Positions 17,532 through 27,108 of a stretch of DNA of 64,000 nt are shown piece by piece; positions within the stretch are counted from its first letter, which is position 1, and each line of letters begins with the position of its first letter. This stretch comes from Gammaproteobacteria bacterium (GTDB taxonomy: Bacteria; Pseudomonadota; Gammaproteobacteria; Arenicellales; UBA868), in the NCBI GenBank assembly GCA_038131525.1, contig JAYPPP010000002.1, positions 16,913 through 80,912 on the forward strand, in the 5' to 3' direction. A model generated the notes under the pieces. That model was not told the origin of the DNA. It made no database searches and worked only from the letters and a program-made list of their open reading frames with translations. The translations under genes were made by a program, and so were the position numbers.

Positions 17532-17858
17532 ATGCCGATTACATCCATGTTCTTAAGAATGCTTTTCCTGCCGCTCCTCGTGGTTGCCCCCCTTGCGAAG
17601 GCGGCACCCGAGTGCACCGCACCCCCACAGTTACAAGATAATGAGGCGACCCACTTTTGTATGATCGATGCCTTTCGCGTGGCCTGCCTGACGCGCAAGG
17701 GCTATGACGTGGAAAGTGCAAATTGGAGTGTTCCGTTGTCAGCCTATGACGAGTGCACCATTCGGGGGTGCGAGCAACTGATGGACGAGGTTGGCGATCT
17801 CTCAGAAACGTTGTTTCGGATGGCCTGCGATGTGGCCAAGGTGGATCGAAGCGGCTAA
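17532..17858 (+). CDS. Small secreted Cys-rich hypothetical protein
   Basis: Signal-like MFLRMLFLPLLVVAPLAKA; six Cys in the mature part. Confidence 0.6.
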   Translation: MPITSMFLRMLFLPLLVVAPLAKAAPECTAPPQLQDNEATHFCMIDAFRVACLTRKGYDVESANWSVPLSAYDECTIRGCEQLMDEVGDLSETLFRMACDVAKVDRSG

Positions 17859-17859
17859 T

Positions 17860-18618
17860 TTATGTCCTGAGATACGAGGCGCCATTGACATCAATGATGG
17901 CTCCCGTCGAAAACTCAGCGCCCGTTGATGCGAGGAACAGAACGGCGTGGGCGACTTCCTCGGGACGTGCAACCCGACCCAGAGGGCTTTGGTTCCGCAC
18001 GCTATCGCCGTCCGGGCCATTGAGAACCGTACTCGCCATATCCGTTTCCACAAAGCCGGGTGCGACGGCACCTACGAAGATGCCAAGCGGTGCGACCCGC
18101 TGGGCGAGCGACTGCGTCATAGCGTGTAAGGCGGCTTTGCTTGCGCCGTAAGCGGGGCAGCGCGGCTCGCCTCGAAACGCGCCGCGGGATCCCACGTTCA
18201 CGATTCGCCCTCCGCCGTTCTCTTTCATATGGTTTACCGCAAGCCAAGCCAGGTTTGCCGGCCCCATCAGGTTGACGGCCAGGGTGCGGGACCACGCCTT
18301 TTGCCAGTCCTCGTATGTGACGCTTTCAATCGGATGGGCTTCAAATATGCCGGCGTTATTCACAAGAATGTCCAGGCCGCCAAGTTCTCCGACACAACTC
18401 TCGATCAACTGTTCGGCGACGCGGGGTTCCGCGAGATCGCCACTGCACAATGCATGCCCCTCTCCATGCAGGTCGGAGAGCGTTCGCTGGGCCGCGGTTT
18501 GGTCAACCCGATAGTGAACCAACACCCGCGCGCCTGAAGCGGCAAATTGGATGGCGATCGCGCGCCCGATGCCGCGCGAGGCCCCGGTCACCAGGACCCG
18601 TTTTCCTGAAAAATCCAT
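17860..18618 (-). CDS. SDR family oxidoreductase
   Basis: TGASRGIG, LVNNAG, YGASK, VAPGFVETDM. Confidence 0.93.
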   Translation of the reverse strand: MDFSGKRVLVTGASRGIGRAIAIQFAASGARVLVHYRVDQTAAQRTLSDLHGEGHALCSGDLAEPRVAEQLIESCVGELGGLDILVNNAGIFEAHPIESVTYEDWQKAWSRTLAVNLMGPANLAWLAVNHMKENGGGRIVNVGSRGAFRGEPRCPAYGASKAALHAMTQSLAQRVAPLGIFVGAVAPGFVETDMASTVLNGPDGDSVRNQSPLGRVARPEEVAHAVLFLASTGAEFSTGAIIDVNGASYLRT

Positions 18619-18835
18619 AGCGTCAGATTAGCCGAAATGATTCCATGAGAGAAGCCGCAAAAAACAATAAATATATGATTTATTGAAGTAAAAAATATTC
18701 AGGCTATCCCCTATGGGAGTGATTTACCTACTCCATTAGCCGTGTAGAGTGAGAAGTGTATAAGAATATAATGAAATTACAAATTTAAACGGGACCCGGG
18801 TCTCGCGGCCGCGTCCCAACACGAGGAAAACTAAG

Positions 18836-19441
18836 ATGAAAACACTGAGAGGAATCACTGCCGCGGCGGCCCTGCTGCTGGCTGGCGTTGTCCAAGCTGA
18901 CTATGCGGTTAGCCCGGAAAGTCCGGATGCCAATATCGATCTGATGGCACCCAGCACCTGGTTCGACAGTATGCCAGCGGCCGGTATGACGATGCCGTTC
19001 AACCCGATGCACCCAGCGGGCTGGGCTGTCATCATGAACCCGCGCACCCATACTGATTTTCATATGGCATTTACGAATCCCGCCACCTATGCCCAGTTCA
19101 TGACGCCGCAGTTCTATATGCAGTTCATGAACCCCAAGAATCTGATGGCGTGGTTCAACCCGGCAAATTACGCCACCTTCCTTGACGTGAACACCTATGC
19201 ATATTGGATGACGCCGCATGCCTATATTCACGCGATGAATCCGGCAAACTACATGCAGGCTTTCAATTTCGCCAACTACGCGCCGTTTCTCTCTCCTGAG
19301 ACCTTCGCGAACTGGTTGACCCCAAGCGCATACAGCCTGACCGGTGAGCCCACCGGTATTGTGAAAGGCGGCGCGGGTGTGGATTATGTGGAAGTGCTTC
19401 TTGGGGATTCGACTGCCCCGGCAAAGACACCGACTGAATAG
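18836..19441 (+). CDS. Secreted protein with about ten tandem 9-residue repeats
   Basis: Sec signal; repeats NPATYAQFM, TPQFYMQFM, NPKNLMAWF, NPANYATFL and others; RBS GAGG; own AT-rich promoter region and terminator. Confidence 0.85.
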   Translation: MKTLRGITAAAALLLAGVVQADYAVSPESPDANIDLMAPSTWFDSMPAAGMTMPFNPMHPAGWAVIMNPRTHTDFHMAFTNPATYAQFMTPQFYMQFMNPKNLMAWFNPANYATFLDVNTYAYWMTPHAYIHAMNPANYMQAFNFANYAPFLSPETFANWLTPSAYSLTGEPTGIVKGGAGVDYVEVLLGDSTAPAKTPTE

Positions 19442-19465
19442 CCCTTAGGCGATTCAGTCTTCCTT

Positions 19466-19495
19466 AAAAAACGGCCGCTTCAGCGGCCGTTTTTT
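19466..19495. terminator. Bidirectional rho-independent terminator
   Basis: AAAAAACGGCCGCT-TC-AGCGGCCGTTTTTT. Confidence 0.85.
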
Positions 19496-20414
19496 ATTGC
19501 CGACTGGAGTCCTTGGCCGGGTTGCGACCGGTCCGTCGCACGTTCAGCCAACCAGCAGTGACGATGGCGATCACACCGGCGACGGCGACCGGATTGAGTG
19601 TGTCGCCCCAAAAAAGATAGCCGAGGATGATCGCGACCGGAATTGCGCTGAAGAAAAATGGCGCAATAAACGACATCTCGCCAAGGCGCACGGCGGTTAC
19701 CATCAGCGGAAAAGCCGCGCTCACCAGCAGAGCGGAAATGAGGATTCCGCCCGTCAGCTCCCAGCCCACGGGTTGCCAATCAAAACTGCCTCCTATCCCG
19801 GATCCCACGGCGACAACAAAAACCGTAAGAAATGAAACCTGCAGCGGATGGGCGGATGTGTCGATGAATCGCGTCGTAAGCTCGCGCGAAGCGCTGGCGA
19901 AAGCAGTAGCAATCGGCAACAGAAGCACCAACGACCATTCTGCGCCCCAGGGCTGCGTTACACACAACACGCCGGCAAACCCAAGAAGTACCGAAACCCA
20001 CCGCGATAGCGAGTTCACCTCGCGCAAAATGACGATGCCCAGAAGCGTCACGAGAATCGGCGAGGTCCATGCAAGCGCCGCTGCCGTGGGAAGCGCAATG
20101 AACTGCAGCCCGAAAAGCCAAAAGCCCGTGGACATGAATTCACAACCGCCGCGCACCAGTAACCAGGGTTGACGCAGACTCGGCCGCGGAATCGGCTTAC
20201 CCTGAAGCAGAAGGGCTGTGCCGAGAATCAAGAGGATGACAAGCGCCCGCAGGAAAATGAACTGCAGCGGGGGGATGTTGTCGAGCAGGCCCTTGACCAG
20301 TGCGTCGCTGGTGGTAATCGCCGTCATCGCGAGGACAACTGCCCCGGCGGCTCGAAGATTATTGGGAGACGGTCTATCCATGAGGTCCGCGTACTCTAAG
20401 GGCAAAGCCGGCAA
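19494..20414 (-). CDS. DMT/EamA family transporter
   Basis: About ten hydrophobic segments; SPILVTLLGIVILRE, LLGFAGVL, LGYLFWGD. Confidence 0.88.
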   Translation of the reverse strand: MPALPLEYADLMDRPSPNNLRAAGAVVLAMTAITTSDALVKGLLDNIPPLQFIFLRALVILLILGTALLLQGKPIPRPSLRQPWLLVRGGCEFMSTGFWLFGLQFIALPTAAALAWTSPILVTLLGIVILREVNSLSRWVSVLLGFAGVLCVTQPWGAEWSLVLLLPIATAFASASRELTTRFIDTSAHPLQVSFLTVFVVAVGSGIGGSFDWQPVGWELTGGILISALLVSAAFPLMVTAVRLGEMSFIAPFFFSAIPVAIILGYLFWGDTLNPVAVAGVIAIVTAGWLNVRRTGRNPAKDSSRQ

Positions 20415-20506
20415 AAAGGATGCTTACCGGAGACGTTCTGCGCCTCCATGGCGTCTTGATGCGCCCCCCGTACAATGAGATTAATGTTTCAAAGCAGGAG
20501 GAAGTC

Positions 20507-20845
20507 ATGAGTGATGAGACCGCCGTGGGGGGAATTAAGCGACGAAGAGCTCGATCTCCAATTGCGGGAGATCGCTGATCGCTTTATTGATCTCGCGAAC
20601 GAGCAAGCCCAACGGTTCCATAAGGAAAACGTGAGCGAGGCCATGATGTTTGCGGCGTCCGGTTTAATGCCTTCGTCGTCGCGACACATGCCGATGACGT
20701 GCTGGCCTATGATGAAGAACGTGATCAGGCGCTGGAGTACTTCACCGGGCAGTACCGAAATATGCTGGTAAGCAATCTTGATGACTATCGCGGCAGTTTT
20801 GAGGATCTGAAATATTCGCACTTGATGACGCGGCGGCCCAACTAA
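20507..20845 (+). CDS. DUF3144-like protein (frameshifted)
   Basis: IADRFIDLANEQ...AMMFAA.RFNAF...YFTGQYRNMLVSNLDDY; RBS AGGAGG. Confidence 0.75.
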
Positions 20846-20891
20846 GGCTGAATACGTCGCGACGCGAGTTACGCAGGGTCAAGAGGAAAAA

Positions 20892-21349
20892 ATGAGATCA
20901 ATATCAAAAATCGTGATCAGAATCCGCCGGTGGGGTCTAGCGCTCTGTGCGGGTGCATGATGATGCCGCTGGTGGCAGCGGGCCAACAGTCTTACCCGGG
21001 AACGGATGCCGATGCGATGGAGGCCGTGATCTCGCGCCAGCTCACCGCGTTTGCTCGGGGTGATTCCGGTACGGCGTATGCCCAGGCGTCGCCGCTGATT
21101 CAGGCCATGTTCCCGAATCGTGAAATATTTATGGCGATGGTTCGGGACGGGTACAGCGCTTTGATCCGCCCATCCAAGGTCGACTTTCTCGGCGTGAAGC
21201 AAACCGCAGACGGGCCGGTGGTCGGTGTCAAAGTGTTTGCGCGTGACGGCAGCCTTTGGCTGGCCGCGTATCAGATGGTTCGCGAAGAAGGAGAGCAATG
21301 GCGGATTAACGGCTGTCGACTGACCCGTTACGCCGGTGAGCCGACCTAG
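20892..21349 (+). CDS. DUF4864-like secreted protein (5' frameshift)
   Basis: VISRQLTAFARGD...AYAQASPLIQAMF...FMAMVRDGY...WRINGC. Confidence 0.75.
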
Positions 21350-21350
21350 G

Positions 21351-21542
21351 CTAGTTGTTTTCTTGGCGCGTGCTCACGCTCAGCGGAGCGTTTGGGCCAT
21401 TATCGGAAACTGAAAAGACGATCGGCTGACAGCATACCTCGCAGTCTTCGACGTACTCGGCCAGCTCAACACTTGGATCAACGAGCGCGGTAAAGACCTC
21501 GCCGCAGTAAGGGCACTCGATCAGATGTTCCTCAAGATTCAT
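21351..21542 (-). CDS. CPXCG-motif cysteine-rich protein
   Basis: CPYCGE...YVEDCEVCCQPI. Confidence 0.88.
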   Translation of the reverse strand: MNLEEHLIECPYCGEVFTALVDPSVELAEYVEDCEVCCQPIVFSVSDNGPNAPLSVSTRQENN

Positions 21543-21610
21543 AGTTGCGCTATTCTGCCACGTCGGGTGGAACGGTTAGGTAAGCCCACGGATTCCCAAA
21601 GCGAGAGAAA

Positions 21611-21961
21611 GTGATGATCGATTACAAGCAAATGACCTGCGAGGCGTGTCGTGTTGGCGCGCCTCCGGCAACGGATAAAGAACTGGATGAATTTTTAGCG
21701 GATCGACCGGATTGGATGCGCGTGGTGATTGATGAGGAGCCTCGTCTGCGAAGGGTCTACGCCTTCAAGAATTTCGCAGGCGCTCTGGCATTTACCAACA
21801 CCGTAGGCGATATCGCGGAATCCGAAGGTCATCATCCGGCCCTGACGACGGAGTGGGGTCGGGTAACGGTCGACTGGTGGACGCATAAGATTCACGATAT
21901 TCATCGAAACGACCTCATTATGGCCGCGCGCAGTGATGCGTTATATGACGGGATAGCGTAG
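21611..21961 (+). CDS. phhB: Pterin-4-alpha-carbinolamine dehydratase
   Basis: CEAC, FKNFAGALAFTN, AESEGHHP, WWTHKI...NDLIMAA. Confidence 0.9.
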   Translation: MMIDYKQMTCEACRVGAPPATDKELDEFLADRPDWMRVVIDEEPRLRRVYAFKNFAGALAFTNTVGDIAESEGHHPALTTEWGRVTVDWWTHKIHDIHRNDLIMAARSDALYDGIA

Positions 21962-21975
21962 GCGGAACATCCGGA

Positions 21976-22953
21976 TTGGACCGCACCGAACGTTTTTATA
22001 CGATTGACCGCATGATGCGGGCCCGTCAGGGCATACCACGCTTCGCGAGATGATGGATGTCATGGAGATCTCGCGAGCGACTATCCGGCGTGACCTCGAG
22101 TACATGCGCGATCGTCTGGCGGCGCCTATTGTTTGGGATTCCGAAGACCGTCGCTACCGTTACGACGAGCAGGAAGAGGACGGCGACCGGTACGCGTTAC
22201 CGGGCCTGTGGTTTAACGCGTCGGAGGTGCATGCGCTTCTGACCATGGAGCACCTGCTATCCAGCCTGCAGCCCGGCCTTCTCGAGCCGCACATCGGTCC
22301 CCTGCGTGATCGCATTCGTCGGTTGCTCGATAGCGGTGACCACCCGTAGACGAGATCGCGCGGCGAATTCGCGTGCTGCATATGGCCTCGCGCCGAGCGG
22401 ACAGTGAGGTTTTCGGCGCAATCGCTCACGCCTTGCTGAAGCGCTATCGACTGATCATTCAACACCTGAACCGCCGTACGGGCGAGGTCACTGAGCGAAC
22501 GGTTTCGCCACAGCGGCTAGCCCACTATCGCGATAACTGGTACCTCGATGCCTGGTGTCATCTGCGGGGCGGCTTACGCAGTTTTGCGGTGGATGCGATT
22601 GCCTCGGCGCAGGTCGAGGAGACCGAGGCCGCCAAGAATGTTTCTGCAGCGGAACTCGAAAGGTTCTGGGTACCGGCTATGGAATTTTTGCTGGCGAGAA
22701 GACCCGTGAGGCTGTCCTGCGATTTTCGCCGGAAGCGGCCCGCTGGGTGTCTCGAGAGAAATGGCATTCTCAGCAGCGAGGCCATTGGGAAGATGACGGG
22801 AGCTACACGCTGACGTTACCTTATGCGCAGGAGACTGAACTCGTCATGGATATCATGCGCCATGGCAGCGATGTGGAGGTGATGGCGCCAACGAGTTTGC
22901 GCGATGCTGTGAGGGCGCGTCTCCTGGCAGCGGCCAACCGCTACGGCGACTGA
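21976..22953 (+). CDS. WYL-domain transcriptional regulator (YafY/PafC/DriD-like, frameshifted)
   Basis: MDRTERFY...EISRATIRRDLEYMRDRL HTH; RTVSPQRLAHYRDNWYLDAWCHLRGGLRSFAVD; WCX tail ARWVSREKWHSQQ. Confidence 0.9.
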
Positions 22954-23850
22954 TGTCGTCTTTTTTAGCCTCCTTAGCCGGCGGCCGCTCTCTGGAAACG
23001 TCCGCGGTATCGCATGGATGCTCGTAACGGGCATGCTGTTTGTGGCCGTGACGGTTACGGTGCGCTACCTCGGAACCACCATGAATCCGATCCAGGCCGC
23101 GTTTATCCGATACTGCTTCGGCTTGGTCATCATCCTGCCGCTGTTATCGCGAGCGGGACTCCTCGGCCTGACCTGGCGGCGTGTGGGTTTTCATGGACTG
23201 CGTGGCTTGATTCATGGCGGTGGCGTGATGCTCTGGTTTCTGGCGATGAGCCGCATTCCCATTGCCGAAGTCACGGCGCTAGGTTTCACCACGCCGATCT
23301 TTGCGACACTGGGCGCCGCCTTGTTTCTCAATGAACGGTTTCGCAGTTATCGACTGGTGGTCATTCTGGTTGGTTTTTAGGGGCGCTATTGATTCTTCGC
23401 CCCGGGTTTCGTGTGATCGACATTGGTGCCTTCGCGCAATTGGCTGCTGCGCCCTGTTCGCCTGTTCTTATCTCATGGTGAAGTCAGCGACCCATAAGGA
23501 GTCAAGCGCGATGATTGTGGTGCTGCTGTCGATTTTCTGCACGCTCACGCTCGCCGCTCCCGCTTTGTGGGTGGCGACCTCCAACACTGCACGAGCTGAT
23601 GCTGCTTGCAACGACGGCCATGCTGGCAACCGCAGGACACTATTGCATGACGCGGGCACTGGCAGCGGCAGAGGTTTCCGCCGTACAACCGTTCACATTT
23701 CTACAGCTGGTGTGGGCAACGTTATTTGGACTGATTTTGTTTGATGAGCATCCGGATTTCTGGATCTGGATCGGCGGCGCCGTGATCGTCGGAGCCGCCA
23801 CGTGGATGGCGCAAAAGAGGTTCGAGCCCTGCGCTCGGAGGCCCGCAGCC
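22953..23850 (+). CDS. DMT/EamA family transporter (frameshifted)
   Basis: AFIRYCFG, EVTALGFTTPIFATLGAALFLNE, AVQPFTFLQLVWATLFG. Confidence 0.85.
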
Positions 23851-23949
23851 CGTAGATTTTTGCCGTTTCACGGGCAATTCCTGGGATCATTCGGTGAGCC
23901 ATTGGCTTGCGCATAATGGTCTCTAGCACCCATCACTCGCCCGCACCCG

Positions 23950-26900
23950 ATGCTCTCCCCTTTATCACGCCAATCGACTTGAAGATCTTGCGGATCAGCT
24001 GGCTCAAAACCTAAAGCATCCTTCAGGGTCGATCCTCGCCCCAGAAATCGTCGCGGTACCGGGTTCCGCACTCAGCGAGTGGTTAACCCTTCATCTGGCT
24101 CGATCATTTGGGATCTGCGCGAATACCGAATGGCTACTGCCCGCTCGGCTGCTCTGGAAGATTTTTAGGGCAGCATTGCCTGACGTACCCGAGACCAACG
24201 CCTTCTCTTCTGACGTGCTGGCCTGGCGCGTCATGAAGGAGTTGCAGGACCCGATCTTCATTGATCGCTTTGACCCTCTCCGGCGATATCTCGAATCGGC
24301 AGATGCGCTAAGGACCTGGCAGTTGTCGCGCCAGATGGGAAAACTCTTCGAGCAGTACCTCATCTTTAGGCCCGATTGGATTTTTTTCCTGGGAAGCAAA
24401 AATGTCTCGGGACTGGCAGGGTGCGTTGTGGCATCGACTCATAAAAGCGGGAGATTCTCGTCACTGGTTGCGACTGCGCGAGCAGTTGTTCAAGACATTG
24501 GCGCGGGAGCCCTCGGCGGCAGCAAAGCTTCCCGGCCGCGTGTCGCTATTCGCTCTGCCCGGACTGTCGCCAGCGTTTCTGGAGTGGGTGGCCCGCTTGG
24601 CAGACCACACCGAAGTCCATGTTTATCACCTTAACTTCAGCGAAGGCTTTTGGGCCGATATCGTGAGTGATCGAGAACGAGCACGGCTCTTGGTATCCGA
24701 AGGCGAAGCGCTTGAACCGTTTCTCGAGACCGGTAACCGTCTGCTTGCTGCCATGGGCTATGTGGGCCGGCAACACCTCTCACAACTCATGACGCTTAAC
24801 GCGGTAGAGCATGAGCGTTACGTTGTGCCAGAGCGAAAGACGATGCTCGGTGTGTTACAGGCAGATATCGTTGAGCTTAGGAGGAGTCTCAGAGCCCAAT
24901 ACCCGCAAACGGACTTAGCGATCGCTCCGTAGCCGTACACGTTTGCCATGGACCGATGCGTGAGATTGAAGTGCTTCATGACCAACTGTTGGATGCCTTC
25001 GAGCAGGATCCTGATCTGCATCCAGACGACGTTCGGGTACTGATACCCAATCCCGCGGACTATGCCTCGGCAATCGCCGCGATCTTCGGCTCGGCGAGCG
25101 GAAACCGATTTATACCTTGGAGTCTGGCAGAGAGTAGCGTGGTGCGGGAGAACGCTCTCATGCGAGCCCTCGATGCGTTAATGATTTTGCCCCAGACCCG
25201 CCTTGATGCGCGCCGCGTTCATGCGCTTCTGGATTTTCCGTTCGTTCGTTCCCGATTTGGGCTGGACGATACCGATGTGGATCAGATTGAAAGATGGATA
25301 CGTGAACTGGGTATCGTCTGGGGCGCCGATGCCGAGTCGCTTGCTGCGCTGGGTGTCGTCCTTGATCCCACGCACACCTGGCGAGGCGGCACGGATCGCA
25401 TGCTGCTCGGTTTTGGCGTGGGCGATAGCGGCGCAATTGTTGGCGATTTGCTCCCGAGCGCTCCGGGTGATTCATCGCTCGCGGAGATGTTGGGACGTTG
25501 GCGTACCTTTCTTGAAGACTTAATTTCCCTTCAGTCCCGAATGGACTCCCCTCGAACGCTGTCAGGATGGATTTCATTTCTTAACGAGGTGGTTGATGAG
25601 TTCTTTTTGTTCAAATCTCAGGAGAGTGATGCGTTGGTGCGTTTTCGCCAGACGCTGGCTTCGTTAGGGCGAGATGCAAAGGCCGCTCACTTCGAGGGGG
25701 TCGTCCCGCTGAAGGTGATCAAAGATGCTTTGGGCAAGAAAACAGCTGATACTGTCGGGGGCCGTTTCGTAGGTGGCAGCGTTACCTTTTCAAGGCTTTC
25801 CTCCGGTCGTTGTCTCCCCGCGAAACTCGTCTGTCTGATTGGGATGAACGCCAGCGACTTCCCCGGGCGCGAGAACCATCACGGCCTCGATCAGATGGCG
25901 GCTCAGCCGCGACCCGGGGATCGCAGTCGGCGCGACGACGATCGCTTCACGTTCCTCGAGGCCGTCATGTCTGCGCGTGAGCGTCTTTATGTGAGCTATT
26001 CGGGTGCCAATGTGCGGGACGATCTCCTTGAACCACCGTCCAATGTGGTCGAGGAGTTGCTCAAGGCCGTGCGCGCGCGGGAGCCGGAGGCGGAAACGGA
26101 TAAAAGAATAACGCGTCATCCGTTGCAGGCGTTCAGCAGACGTTATTTTGCAAAGGATTCCGGTTTATTCAGTTATGCCGGCGAGATGGTGCCTCATGCT
26201 TCGAACGCGCGTCACGCGCCCGCTCCGGTATTTATGAAAACGCTTTCTCCGCTCGAGCCGGGCGAGCTGCCTATCGACAAACTCGTTGATTTTTTTGCCA
26301 ATCCGGCTCGCGCGCTCCTAAGAGATCGATTGGGCGTTCGATTGGAGGCGCGCGCTGGATTTTTGCCCGTGCGCGAACCTATGCAAATGGGTTACCGCGC
26401 GAAGCGGATCTTGTTCCGTCGCGCCGTCGCGGCCCAGCTGGAAGGATCCGAAAAATCGATGTTTTTCGAATATGCAGGGCATAGCGGACTGATGCCCTCT
26501 GGAGGGGCAGGTGAATCAGCAGCCGAGGCGATCTGGATAAGTGCCGGGTTCGTCTGTCTCAAGCTGAAGTCGCTCTTCAAAGGCAGTCGCGCTGAGACTC
26601 TGTCTTTGCGAAGCCCCATTGGGGGCTGGCAACTATCGGGAGAGATCGACAGTGTTTTTGGGGATCAGCAGGTACTGTGGGCAGCGGATCGAATCAGCGT
26701 TTGGACCAAGCTGGAGGCCTGGTGCCGGCACCTGTTATTGAATGCCGGCGTCGATCGGCCACCTTCATCAACGATTGTGTTGAGTCCGTATGAGGTGATG
26801 ACCTTTTCACCAAAGGTCGATGCCTCTACTGAACTCAGCCGCCTTGTTGATCTGTATGCGAGTGGGATGACCCGGCCGCTCGCCTTTTTCCGCGCAGCGC

Positions 26901-27108
26901 ATTCACGTGGGCTGAGAAAGGGGAGCTTAAAGCCGCTTACGGGGAATGGCTGGGCTCGGAATTTTCCTCCTCTTCTGGGGAGGCCACTGATCCGTACTTC
27001 GAGCTCGCTTTTCGCCACGAGCTTGAAACTGCCCTGGATGGCGAATTCAAATCCGTGGCAAACCACGTGATCGACCCTTTGCTTGAGGCGCTCGTCTCAG
27101 GATCATGA
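23950..27108 (+). CDS. recC: Exodeoxyribonuclease V gamma subunit (frameshifted)
   Basis: YHANRLEDLA, LFEQYLIFRPDW, GPMREIEVLHDQLL, HTWRGGTDRMLLG, DRSRRDDDRFTFLEA, HPLQAFSRRYF. Confidence 0.92.

Noticed and set aside
19060-19340. CRISPR array or DNA tandem repeat in the 9-aa repeat gene
   Set aside because: The 27-nt periodicity is degenerate and codon-driven; there are no identical repeats or spacers and no cas genes.
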